From Bacteroidia bacterium (GTDB lineage Bacteria; Bacteroidota; Bacteroidia; UKL13-3), in NCBI GenBank assembly GCA_044377255.1, contig JBILJL010000002.1, positions 1 to 36,854 of the forward strand: a DNA stretch of 36,854 bases. Reading direction: 5' to 3'. The notes beneath the pieces were generated by a model. The model did no database searches. It saw only the letters and a list, made by a program, of their open reading frames with translations, and was not told the origin of the DNA. Each line of letters begins with the position of its first letter. Position 1 is the first letter of the stretch. Position numbers and translations under genes: made by a program. Shown here piece by piece: positions 8,604 through 17,316 of the stretch.

Positions 8604-9092
8604 ATGGATTTAGAAATTAAGAAGTCGAGCATAGCAAATGCCGGAAAGGGATTGTTTGCCAAAGCTATTTTTAAAAGGGGCGATCGCGTTATTGAATATA
8701 CTGGGGATATTATTACCTGGGCCGAATGTAAAAAACGCAATGAGAAACTGGATGGTGTGGGTGCCTATTATTTTTATGTTTCGGCGCGAAAATGTGTAGA
8801 TGCGCAAAATTGCCTCGACTCATTAGCACGTTATGCCAACGATGCTTCGGGAATTGTGCGCATTCCTGGTATTAAGAACAATGCTCGCTTTGAGGTAATT
8901 AAGGGTAAGCCATACATCATTGCACGTAGAACTATAAAGCCTGGAGATGAGATTTTTGTTGGGTATGGCAAGGAATATTGGGATGCCATGCGCGAAAATG
9001 GGTTCGACCCAACTCATAAAAAGAAAAGTAACAAAACTGTAGATGAAGCGCGTGAGCACCATTTGGTGCCGAAAAGGGAGGCCAAACATTAA
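8604..9092 (+). CDS. SET domain-containing protein (putative protein-lysine methyltransferase)
   Basis: NAGKGLFAKAIFKRGDRVIEYTGDII...RYANDASG...NARF...IKPGDEIFVGYGKEYW are the SET N, NH-like and C motifs. The track start at 8538 is GTG; I prefer ATG 8604 (MDLEIKK). The C-terminal tail is basic. Confidence 0.8.
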   Translation: MDLEIKKSSIANAGKGLFAKAIFKRGDRVIEYTGDIITWAECKKRNEKLDGVGAYYFYVSARKCVDAQNCLDSLARYANDASGIVRIPGIKNNARFEVIKGKPYIIARRTIKPGDEIFVGYGKEYWDAMRENGFDPTHKKKSNKTVDEAREHHLVPKREAKH

Positions 9093-9159
9093 GTTTTTTT
9101 TTACAAAGATTTTTTTTTAAAATTGAGCCTAAATCGGTAATGGTGATTAAGAAAATCGC

Positions 9160-9167
9160 TAAATTTG
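9160..9167 (+). promoter_or_regulatory. Candidate -7 box (TAnnTTTG)
   Basis: taaatttg lies about 60 nt upstream of ATG 9228. This is a motif match only. Confidence 0.2.
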
Positions 9168-9227
9168 TTTGTTGTAAGGGTTTTGAAATAATTTGTGCAG
9201 TTGAAATAAATAATTAGAAATTAAAAA

Positions 9228-9908
9228 ATGAAGTTAAATATAAAAATAGGTATAATGTGTGTGTTAGGTTTTGTTGCGAACCAAAGCTTTGCCCAAGTTC
9301 AAGATGAAACTACTCCGGGTTATGATTTTTCTGCACCACCAGATTCTACCGTAACAGATACAAGTGCCATACCTGCGCCTGCTGGTCCAATAGATCCTTT
9401 GTTAAAGAACTATGATCGCATTGTTTTGGTTATTGATTCTGCCACTAATCTCATCACTTATTATGGCGTGGTGGAGCAAGAAGAAAGTGGTTCCGATTCT
9501 CTTTATTTTAGAGCTAAGCGCTGGGCTGCTGCCAATCTGGGTAAGGACATTAAAATTGAAGTAGACAAGCGCAATCAAAAGATAACCTATGTTGGATCTA
9601 TTCCTGCCTATGCATACTTAAACAAGTATTCTAAACGCAGCATTGGTACTTTTGAATTTAAATTATCTTTTCTAATAAAAGAAGGCAGATACAAATACCA
9701 AATCACTAACTTGGTGCACGAAGGCTTAAAACCAGCCGATGGCGGTAAAGGTCCGCGTAACTATTTTGAGTATTATTATAGCTCTACCACCAAAGTAAGA
9801 GAAAATGATAATATCCTCAGAAATGCCGACAAAGACATTTTAAAGTTGATTGAAAGCATTAAGCTTGCCTTACGCGAACCAATTATTGTAGATGAAGATG
9901 ATTGGTAG
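9228..9908 (+). CDS. DUF4468 domain-containing secreted protein
   Basis: It has a signal peptide, MKLNIKIGIMCVLGFVANQSFAQ. ITYYGVVEQEESGSDSLYFRAKRWAAANLG...FKLSFLIKEGRYKYQITNLVH matches the DUF4468 (TBP-like fold) pattern. Confidence 0.8.
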   Translation: MKLNIKIGIMCVLGFVANQSFAQVQDETTPGYDFSAPPDSTVTDTSAIPAPAGPIDPLLKNYDRIVLVIDSATNLITYYGVVEQEESGSDSLYFRAKRWAAANLGKDIKIEVDKRNQKITYVGSIPAYAYLNKYSKRSIGTFEFKLSFLIKEGRYKYQITNLVHEGLKPADGGKGPRNYFEYYYSSTTKVRENDNILRNADKDILKLIESIKLALREPIIVDEDDW

Positions 9909-9910
9909 GC

Positions 9911-10657
9911 TTAATCGCTTACCTTAAAATAAAAATCGCCATTTTCGTAAACTAATGCTTCTGCATGGCTCAAAGCCTCTAGCCTATTATTGTTCAATTT
10001 ATATACACTATAACCAATTGGTTCAAGCAGGTTTAACAATGCTTTCCTGTTCTCTGCTGTTGAAATTTCTATCTGAATAATTGGCTTACACCTGCTTAAA
10101 GTAGCCATCATTTGAGGGAACAAAATTACCTCATAACCTTCTACATCGCACTTTAAAAAATCTATCTTGGTTATGCTGGCAAACAACTGATCAGGCACCT
10201 GCATATCCACTTCATAAGTTTGTGTGCTTTGGTCGGTATTGCTCTCAATAACTTTTGTAAGTCCGTGCCTAAAAACGCCATCTATCATAGGCGTACCTAA
10301 AGTTACACGTTTTTGTTCTGAACCCAAAGCACATTGATACAGCGTAATATTTTGTAAGGCAAACCTACTGGTGTTTTTAAGAAAAACCCTAGCAAACAAT
10401 GGCACAGGCTCAATGGCATATACTCGCCCAGTGGCGCCTGCAAATTTTGATAAAAATACCGAGTAATAACCCACATTTGCGCCAATATCAACGCAAGTAA
10501 ATCCGGGCTGAACCAATTCTTTTAAGTAAAATAATTCTGGGTACTTTTCTTTTAGTTTGCCCGCAGCAATTAACCTGATGTAGGCATTGCTAACCAAGCC
10601 TAAATAAGATTCGGTTCCAAGCATTTTTAACAAGAGAGAGCGTAGTTTTTTTTCCAT
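9911..10657 (-). CDS. FkbM-family SAM-dependent methyltransferase
   Basis: CVDIGANVGYYSVFLSKFAGATGRVYAIEPVPLFARVFLKN...YQCALG matches the FkbM family motif. Confidence 0.85.
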   Translation of the reverse strand: MEKKLRSLLLKMLGTESYLGLVSNAYIRLIAAGKLKEKYPELFYLKELVQPGFTCVDIGANVGYYSVFLSKFAGATGRVYAIEPVPLFARVFLKNTSRFALQNITLYQCALGSEQKRVTLGTPMIDGVFRHGLTKVIESNTDQSTQTYEVDMQVPDQLFASITKIDFLKCDVEGYEVILFPQMMATLSRCKPIIQIEISTAENRKALLNLLEPIGYSVYKLNNNRLEALSHAEALVYENGDFYFKVSD

Positions 10658-10663
10658 TTATTC

Positions 10664-10894
10664 TTATTTCACTTCCTCAAAATCTACGTACTCCCCTAAT
10701 TTATCTGGTTTCTCTTTCTTTTTTTGACCAACCTTTGGGTCAATGGTTATAGTACCTTCATCCTCATCTCTATAAGTGGGATTGGGTTGTTTGGGTGCTT
10801 GTTGGTTAAAATGAAAAACATTGATCCTAAAGCCGCCAAATACATAACGGAAGATGGTATAAAATAGAAATAGATAAAAAAGAAATTTTAGCAT
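10664..10894 (-). CDS. DUF4834 family small membrane protein
   Basis: It has an N-terminal TM helix, MLKFLFYLFLFYTIFRYVFGGF, and the acidic tail GEYVDFEEVK that is typical of DUF4834. Confidence 0.7.
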   Translation of the reverse strand: MLKFLFYLFLFYTIFRYVFGGFRINVFHFNQQAPKQPNPTYRDEDEGTITIDPKVGQKKKEKPDKLGEYVDFEEVK

Positions 10895-10954
10895 AACTCC
10901 TCTAATTGAGCTTACAAAGATGCAAAAAAGATGGGGCTTATAAAACTATTCTGT

Positions 10955-11392
10955 CTACTTCTTTTGAAAGTTCAACGACTTTCCATTCACACAATAGCGT
11001 AGTCCAGTTTTGTCTTTTGGACCATCATTGAAGATATGGCCTAGGTGTCCGCCACATTTGGCACACATAATTTCTGTGCGTACCATGCCGTAACTGGTAT
11101 CTGTGCTGGTAACTATTTTGGTAGGATCTAAGGCTTCAAAAAAACTTGGCCAACCACATCCACTATCAAACTTGCCATCTGAGCTAAAAAGGCTATTACC
11201 GCAGGCTGCACAAGTGTAGGTGCCCCCATCATAATTCTCCTCTAAATCGCTTGTAAATGGGCGTTCAGTACCTTTTTCTCTGAGGATATTGTATTGCTCT
11301 GGGCTCAAAGTTTTTTGCCATTCTGCTTCACTTTTTTGAACCTCGTATTTTTGGTCTTTCTTTATCTCTTGGTGTTTTGTTTCGGTTACCAT
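10955..11392 (-). CDS. msrB: Peptide-methionine (R)-S-oxide reductase MsrB
   Basis: [26 protein letters not shown], two CxxC Zn pairs ([15 protein letters not shown]) and the catalytic RYCVNG are present. Start ATG 11390-11392 avoids overlapping the upstream gene. The alternative start at 11497 adds a lipoprotein-like signal peptide but overlaps the nuclease gene by 104 nt. Confidence 0.9.
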   Translation of the reverse strand: MVTETKHQEIKKDQKYEVQKSEAEWQKTLSPEQYNILREKGTERPFTSDLEENYDGGTYTCAACGNSLFSSDGKFDSGCGWPSFFEALDPTKIVTSTDTSYGMVRTEIMCAKCGGHLGHIFNDGPKDKTGLRYCVNGKSLNFQKK

Positions 11393-11393
11393 T

Positions 11394-13478
11394 TTAGGGC
11401 TTGATGATTTTAAAGGTTTGTTGTCTTGAGCGCTGCACGACAGATAGAAAAAACATACCGGAAGGAAGCTCATTTTCCAATTGAATAAACGTTTCATGTT
11501 GTAGTGTTGTTTTGGTTTCTAAAACTATTTTTCCTTCCAGGTTGCGCAAAACAATATTTGCTTCTTCTCCTGGTAGTTCCGATTTCAATATCAAGGTATT
11601 CCCAATTGGGTTCACCACGCTTATTTGGTTGTTTTCTGCTACTGCCATTTGAACAATTGGCGAATAACTGAAACTTCCATCAAAATCGGTTTGTTTGAGT
11701 CGGTATTCTATAACGTTACTTCCTGCCAAATTGTTGTAAAAACTTTGGTCGCTATAAAAATAATTGCTCACCTTATTGCTGTTTCCTTTGCCATTAATTT
11801 TTGCAATGCTTTCAAAATCTGTTCCCTCAAATCTTCTTTCTACTTCAAAATAGGCATTATTAATTTCACTTGCTGTTCGCCAAACTAGGTTTATTTGTTG
11901 CTCTTCGGCCCAAGTTGCTTCAAAGGAAAGGTAACTAACTGGCAAGGCAACAACGCCAGAATTAAGTATGCTACTTGTTAAATAATTGCTAGTCTTTCCA
12001 ACTCCATTGTATTCAATCACCGTAAAATAGTAAACTAGGTTTTGGTTCAAACCGCTTATTTCTATGCTTGAACCCATACCGTTGTATACCACAAAATTGC
12101 CAGAGCCTATTTGACTGCCTGAACCAAAAGCGTTGTTAGCAGTATAATTGAAAGAATCAATAGGTAGTGCGTTTACCGGAAATCCTGCTCTGGCTAATAC
12201 CAATCTTTTTTGACCATTGCCGCTCTTCCAGGAAATTAATGCAGCGGTAGTGGTATTGTTTTTAATCACAAAATTGCTCGCAGCCATAGTTGGTTCAAGC
12301 GCACCTGCGCCTCCCCAAACTCTATTTACATATTGCGGACTATCTATAAATGGATTGCGGTTAACTTGGTAGCCAAAAACGGCGTTGTTTCTATTGATTT
12401 CTTTTACACTTGGTGGATCTTGGTTATGCCATTTTACCAATACATTTAAAAACCATGCATCGTAAGCAGGAAATGAGTTGCCTGCTAATACCTCATCGGC
12501 AGTACCATTAATTTGCCAACTAGCAATTAAATTTTCGTAACGGGTTGCCATGTAAAAATAACTCCTGGCTAAATCTCCTTTGTAATCATCAATGGGTTCA
12601 AACACAACACCTGTAAAGCCTGCAGTGGTATTTGCTCCAAGCTTTCCACCTTGTAAACAATTAGTGGTGGCAATAGATACTTCTCCGTGGGGAGAATTTC
12701 CGCGCACTCCATTTACCTTACCATCTGTTGGGTAAATATGGTACATATCCGAAACCATTGGAGATGCTGTTGCAAACCAACTTTGCGGAAAACTGTGTTC
12801 CCTATTATAACAATCGCCTTCAACAGCATAGCTGCCACATTGGTTGGTGCTAAAAGTAAATTCGTACGGCGATGGTGCATCTAATTTGGTAGAATAAATA
12901 TCCCAAACTTTGCCATTATAAAGTGGGTCGGTGGTAGAATAAGTAGCCCACAAACCACTACTGCCGCTGCCATAAGCAGTAACTGTATGACCCAAAATTT
13001 TATTATACAAGGCCGTTTTTAAGCTTGCCCCATTGCTTATTGTGCTAATGGTATTATAGTAAGTTGCTGCATTGGTTCCAGTTGCAGGCGTTGATGTAGC
13101 ATTGCCTAAAATACTTACATTTTGGGTGGTGCTTCCTAAACTTACATTGCTAATACTACCACTTTTGCTTCCAGTGGTATAAGGACTAAATTTAACGTAA
13201 ATGGTGGTGTTAGCAATAGTTCCCGTGCTTGGAACAATTGTTAAACTAGAAGAATAACCAAACGTATAATTGATCGAAACTTCAAAATGTTCTGGTGCTG
13301 TGATAACCAAATTAGCAGTTAATGCAGTACCACTAATGGTATAACGTTGAGCATCGGAGGCAAAATATATGGGGCAATTGCCAAAAGTGGGCAAGCTAGC
13401 TGCAGAAACAACAATAGTGCCTGCCTCGCAACAGAATGATATTATTAATAATAGAATTGAAAATAGCAATCTAAACAT
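11394..13478 (-). CDS. Secreted endonuclease I family nuclease with an FN3-like domain and a T9SS C-terminal sorting domain
   Basis: It has a signal peptide. Endonuclease I motifs are [47 protein letters not shown] and [17 protein letters not shown]. The tail [24 protein letters not shown] is a T9SS CTD. Confidence 0.88.
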   Translation of the reverse strand: MFRLLFSILLLIISFCCEAGTIVVSAASLPTFGNCPIYFASDAQRYTISGTALTANLVITAPEHFEVSINYTFGYSSSLTIVPSTGTIANTTIYVKFSPYTTGSKSGSISNVSLGSTTQNVSILGNATSTPATGTNAATYYNTISTISNGASLKTALYNKILGHTVTAYGSGSSGLWATYSTTDPLYNGKVWDIYSTKLDAPSPYEFTFSTNQCGSYAVEGDCYNREHSFPQSWFATASPMVSDMYHIYPTDGKVNGVRGNSPHGEVSIATTNCLQGGKLGANTTAGFTGVVFEPIDDYKGDLARSYFYMATRYENLIASWQINGTADEVLAGNSFPAYDAWFLNVLVKWHNQDPPSVKEINRNNAVFGYQVNRNPFIDSPQYVNRVWGGAGALEPTMAASNFVIKNNTTTAALISWKSGNGQKRLVLARAGFPVNALPIDSFNYTANNAFGSGSQIGSGNFVVYNGMGSSIEISGLNQNLVYYFTVIEYNGVGKTSNYLTSSILNSGVVALPVSYLSFEATWAEEQQINLVWRTASEINNAYFEVERRFEGTDFESIAKINGKGNSNKVSNYFYSDQSFYNNLAGSNVIEYRLKQTDFDGSFSYSPIVQMAVAENNQISVVNPIGNTLILKSELPGEEANIVLRNLEGKIVLETKTTLQHETFIQLENELPSGMFFLSVVQRSRQQTFKIIKP

Positions 13479-13568
13479 TTTGCAAAATTAAGGTATTGAC
13501 ATCAAATTAAAGTTGCCTCAATTTGCTTGTAATTTAAACCAAATGAATAATTGAATACTTTTCTTGAA

Positions 13569-13599
13569 TTTACGTAAAGAATTATTATTTTTGTACGTA
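13569..13599 (+). promoter_or_regulatory. Candidate promoter/operator of the toxin-antitoxin pair
   Basis: The palindrome tttacgtaaa is at 13569-13578. A second tacgta core is at 13594-13599. The -7-like box tatttttg is at 13586-13593, 19 nt before ATG 13612. Short palindromes like these are frequent by chance. Confidence 0.25.
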
Positions 13600-13611
13600 T
13601 AATATTGCTTT

Positions 13612-13851
13612 ATGAATACCAAGCTCACATTAAATTTGAACAAAAATATCATAAGTGATGCCAAAACTTATGCGAAGAGTCATCAAGTTAGTTTATCAAA
13701 ATTAATCGAAAATTATCTTCATTCTTTAACACAAGAATCAAAGAAAAAAAATTCAGTAAGCCCGCTTGTAGAAAGTTTAACAGGTATAATTCCAGACGAT
13801 TTTGATGAGCGAAATGAATACCGAGATTACATCCATAAAAAGTATTCATAA
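13612..13851 (+). CDS. Type II antitoxin (DUF6364-like)
   Basis: This 79-aa protein, MNTKLTLNLNKNIISDAKTYAKSHQVSLSKLIENYL, resembles RHH or DUF6364-like antitoxins. Its stop overlaps the PIN gene start (TAATG). Confidence 0.7.
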   Translation: MNTKLTLNLNKNIISDAKTYAKSHQVSLSKLIENYLHSLTQESKKKNSVSPLVESLTGIIPDDFDERNEYRDYIHKKYS

Positions 13852-14258
13852 TGGAAAAAGTATTTGTGGATACCAATGTGGTAATTGACCTATTAGCTAA
13901 ACGGGAACCTTTTTATAGGGATGCTCAACAATTATTCACTTTGAGTGACCAAAAACAGATTCAGCTTCAAATTTCTTCTCTTACTTTTGCAAATGCTTAT
14001 TATTCCATAGCTAAACATTACAAGGCAGTTGATGCAAAAAAGTTTTTGTTGAAATTTAAGGTTTTAGTAAAAATTTTACCATTGGAAGAGAAGGCTATTG
14101 AATTGGCTTTGGCATCAGATTTTTCTGACTTTGAGGATGGTTTGCAGTATTTTGTTGCAATGGATTTTCAATCGGATATAATTATTACAAGAAATAAGAA
14201 GGATTTTAAAAATTCGAAAATTCCAGTATTAACTGCTGGCGAATATTTGATCAAATAG
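13851..14258 (+). CDS. PIN-domain toxin (VapC-like ribonuclease)
   Basis: [15 protein letters not shown] gives the first acidic PIN residue. Later acidic motifs include SDFEDGLQY and IITRNKKDF. The size is 135 aa and the gene is translationally coupled to the upstream antitoxin. Confidence 0.8.
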   Translation: MEKVFVDTNVVIDLLAKREPFYRDAQQLFTLSDQKQIQLQISSLTFANAYYSIAKHYKAVDAKKFLLKFKVLVKILPLEEKAIELALASDFSDFEDGLQYFVAMDFQSDIIITRNKKDFKNSKIPVLTAGEYLIK

Positions 14259-14355
14259 AGAACAATATTGTTGTGGAGATATAACATCACTTAACCCGCA
14301 ACATTATTGGATAATGCCTTTTCAAAACTTACCTTCGCACAAGAATAAAATTACC

Positions 14356-15180
14356 ATGCAATCAAAACACAACTGGACAACCTTAAAAGAATACAAAGAA
14401 ATTCTATACCAATTTTATGAGGGTATTGCTAAAATTAGCATAAACCGCCCGCAGGTTCACAATGCTTTTACACCTTTAACGGTGAAAGAAATGAGTGAAG
14501 CAATGGAATTGGCTCGCCAAGATGAAAACGTTTATTGTGTGATCCTAACTGGTGAAGGTGGACAAGCATTTTGTAGTGGAGGTGACCAAAGCGTGCGCGG
14601 CCATGGTGGCTACGTGGGTGATGATGGTGTGCCTCGCTTGAATGTATTGGATTTACAAATGCAAATCCGACGCATTCCTAAACCAGTAATTGCCATGGTG
14701 GCAGGCTGGGCTATTGGTGGCGGACATGTGTTACACGTAATCTGCGATTTAACCATAGCCGCAGAAAATGCAAAATTTGGACAAACCGGTCCTAAAGTAG
14801 GAAGCTTCGATGGTGGCTTTGGTGCTGGATATTTGGCTCGTATAGTAGGGCAAAAAAAGGCACGCGAAATTTGGTTCCTTTGCGATCAATACAATGCCCA
14901 AGAAGCGCTTGATATGGGCTTGGTAAATAAGGTGGTGCCTTTAGAAATGTTGGAAGATACCACCATTTACTGGTGTAGAAAAATTATGGAGAAAAGTCCA
15001 ATTGCCTTGCGCATGTTAAAGAGTTCTTTCAACGCTGAACTCGATGGACAAGCAGGTATACAAGAATTGGCTGGAAATGCTACCTTATTGTATTACATGA
15101 GCGAAGAAGCCAAAGAAGGCAAAAACTCCTTCCTAGAAAAACGCAAACCAGATTTTAAGAAATTCCCTAAGTTTCCATAA
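14356..15180 (+). CDS. menB: 1,4-dihydroxy-2-naphthoyl-CoA synthase
   Basis: The crotonase fold and MenB signature are present: [56 protein letters not shown] and the C-terminal KRKPDF. ATG 14356 is preferred over the ORF start at 14314. Confidence 0.93.
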   Translation: MQSKHNWTTLKEYKEILYQFYEGIAKISINRPQVHNAFTPLTVKEMSEAMELARQDENVYCVILTGEGGQAFCSGGDQSVRGHGGYVGDDGVPRLNVLDLQMQIRRIPKPVIAMVAGWAIGGGHVLHVICDLTIAAENAKFGQTGPKVGSFDGGFGAGYLARIVGQKKAREIWFLCDQYNAQEALDMGLVNKVVPLEMLEDTTIYWCRKIMEKSPIALRMLKSSFNAELDGQAGIQELAGNATLLYYMSEEAKEGKNSFLEKRKPDFKKFPKFP

Positions 15181-15195
15181 ATTAGGTTGAATGAA

Positions 15196-15744
15196 ATGAG
15201 TAGCGAAGATTACAATCCTTGGAAATTAATTGCCTCCAAAACGGCTTATGAAAATAATTGGATTGAAGTGCAACACCAAGATGTCATTACCCCAGCAGGT
15301 AATCCCGGAATTTATGGTGTAATCCATTTTAAAAACCTAGCCATTGGTATCATTCCTTTAGATGAAAACAACAATACTTGGATTGTTGGCCAATTTCGGT
15401 ATCCGCTAAAAAAATACACTTGGGAAATACCAGAAGGAGGTGGCAAAATTGGGGTTGATCCCATTGATTCTGCCAAGCGTGAATTGCAAGAAGAATGTGG
15501 TATCATAGCGCACCATTGGGAGAAAATATTAGAAATGGATTTAAGCAATTCTGCCACCGATGAAAAAGCAATTTTATATGTAGCCAGAAACCTTGAATTT
15601 ACAGAATCTGAACCAGAAGAAACCGAAGATTTGCAGGTTAAAAAAGTGCCATTCGATACCTTGTTTCAAATGGTAATGACTGGCGAAATAACAGATGCTA
15701 TGACCATTGCTGCCGTACTCAAATTAAAATTGCTATTGTCCTAG
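15196..15744 (+). CDS. NUDIX hydrolase
   Basis: The Nudix box GGGKIGVDPIDSAKRELQEECGI is present. The track start at 15187 is TTG; the first ATG is at 15196. Confidence 0.85.
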   Translation: MSSEDYNPWKLIASKTAYENNWIEVQHQDVITPAGNPGIYGVIHFKNLAIGIIPLDENNNTWIVGQFRYPLKKYTWEIPEGGGKIGVDPIDSAKRELQEECGIIAHHWEKILEMDLSNSATDEKAILYVARNLEFTESEPEETEDLQVKKVPFDTLFQMVMTGEITDAMTIAAVLKLKLLLS

Positions 15745-16317
15745 ATTGTGCCTTATTGCAAGGGTTGAATATGATTTGGTTAATGAAACCTTATGCTCCT
15801 TTTGCAATTCATACTTTTCTTCTCCGCGTTCCGCAGAGGCAACAACAACACTATCTGTTGGAACAAATTTTTGATTTGCTTTTGCCCATTCAATCAATTC
15901 TGCTTTTTGTGCCTCCGTTAATATTGAATTGCGATGAATAAGCGTATACGATGACAATGGCATTTCACCTTCTTCAATTTCCTTTACAATTTCCTTCATC
16001 TTCTTGGCCTTACGCTTGGGCGTATAGCTATTGAACTCCGAAAAATTCAACTCCTCTTTTCCTTCATCCACATGGTCTTTTAACCAAAATCCCAATGGCT
16101 GAATGTTGCTATACCAAGGATATTCTGTATGGTTACTATGACAATCATAGCAGCTTTTTTCCAATGTTTGTTGAACCGAAACGGGCACATTCATAGCCTG
16201 AGTGATATCATTTGGTCCGCTTGATTGTCCCTCGTTTCTGGCTGGTTGAACAAATTGTAGTAGGAATAATAAAGCTAGTAAAACGAGCCCAATTTTTTTG
16301 AAGAGTGAGGAGTTCAT
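15733..16317 (-). CDS. Haem-binding domain (Haem_bd)-containing secreted protein
   Basis: It has a signal peptide. CYDCHSNHTEYPWYSNIQPLGFWLKDHVDEGKEELNFSEF matches the Haem_bd family. Confidence 0.8.
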   Translation of the reverse strand: MNSSLFKKIGLVLLALLFLLQFVQPARNEGQSSGPNDITQAMNVPVSVQQTLEKSCYDCHSNHTEYPWYSNIQPLGFWLKDHVDEGKEELNFSEFNSYTPKRKAKKMKEIVKEIEEGEMPLSSYTLIHRNSILTEAQKAELIEWAKANQKFVPTDSVVVASAERGEEKYELQKEHKVSLTKSYSTLAIRHNLGQ

Positions 16318-16318
16318 A

Positions 16319-17272
16319 TTATTTACGTTTTAACACAGCTTGCACTGCAGCAACAATGTTACTGCTTTCTAAGCCATATTTTTTCATTAAATCATCTGGC
16401 GTGCCGCTTTCTCCAAAACTATCATTTACAGCTACCATTTCCATTGGTGTAGGTAATTTACGTGCCAATAATTGTGCAATGCTATCTCCTAAACCCCCAT
16501 TCATTTGGTGCTCTTCGGCTGTAACCACACAGCGCGTTTTTGCTGCCGATTTCAAAACAGCCTCTTCATCCAATGGCTTAATGGTATGAATATTGATAAT
16601 CTCTGTATCAATACCCAACTCTGCTAAAGCATGTCCAGCTTCAATGGCTTTCCAAACCAAATGTCCGGTTGCGAAAATTGTTACATCTTTTCCTTCATTC
16701 AACATTAAGGCTTTTCCAATTTGAAAAGGTTCTGTTGCCGAGGTAAAATTAGGAACTGCAGGCCTACCAAAACGTAAGTAAACGGGACCGTTATAATCTG
16801 CAATGGCAATGGTTGCTGCTTTGGTTTGATTATAATCACATGGGTTGATAACTACCATGCCTGGCAACATTTTCATTAAGCCTAAATCTTCTAATATTTG
16901 GTGTGTTGCGCCATCTTCACCTAAGGTAATACCTGCATGAGATGCACATATTTTTACGTTCTTACCACTGTAGGCAATTGATTGACGAATTTGATCGTAA
17001 ACCCTGCCCGTACTAAAGTTGGCAAAAGTTCCTGTAAATGGAATCCAACCGCCAATGGTTAATCCTGCTGCCACTCCCATCATATTGGCTTCAGCTATAC
17101 CTACTTGAAAAAATCTTTCGGGATGCTCTTTTTGGAAAGCATCCATTTTTAATGAGCCAGTTAAATCTGCACAAAGTGCCACTACTTTAGGATTGCTTTT
17201 TCCTAATTCCGATAATCCTGCACCAAATCCACTGCGGGTGTCTTTTACATTTTGGATGTCAAACTTTTTCAT
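16319..17272 (-). CDS. Transketolase, C-terminal subunit (pyrimidine-binding plus C-terminal domains)
   Basis: The 317-aa protein carries FFQVGIAEANMMGVAAGL, GATHQILEDLGLMKMLPGM and typical split-transketolase subunit B motifs. Confidence 0.92.
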   Translation of the reverse strand: MKKFDIQNVKDTRSGFGAGLSELGKSNPKVVALCADLTGSLKMDAFQKEHPERFFQVGIAEANMMGVAAGLTIGGWIPFTGTFANFSTGRVYDQIRQSIAYSGKNVKICASHAGITLGEDGATHQILEDLGLMKMLPGMVVINPCDYNQTKAATIAIADYNGPVYLRFGRPAVPNFTSATEPFQIGKALMLNEGKDVTIFATGHLVWKAIEAGHALAELGIDTEIINIHTIKPLDEEAVLKSAAKTRCVVTAEEHQMNGGLGDSIAQLLARKLPTPMEMVAVNDSFGESGTPDDLMKKYGLESSNIVAAVQAVLKRK

Positions 17273-17316
17273 TCTTGCGCTTTTATAGGTTCAAACCAAC
17301 AAGGTTCAATATTACA

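Noticed and set aside
14261-14272. Perfect 12-nt palindrome aacaatattgtt, 3 nt after the PIN toxin stop
   Set aside because: About 9 such palindromes are expected by chance in 37 kb, and more in AT-rich DNA. It has no U-tract and no second copy.
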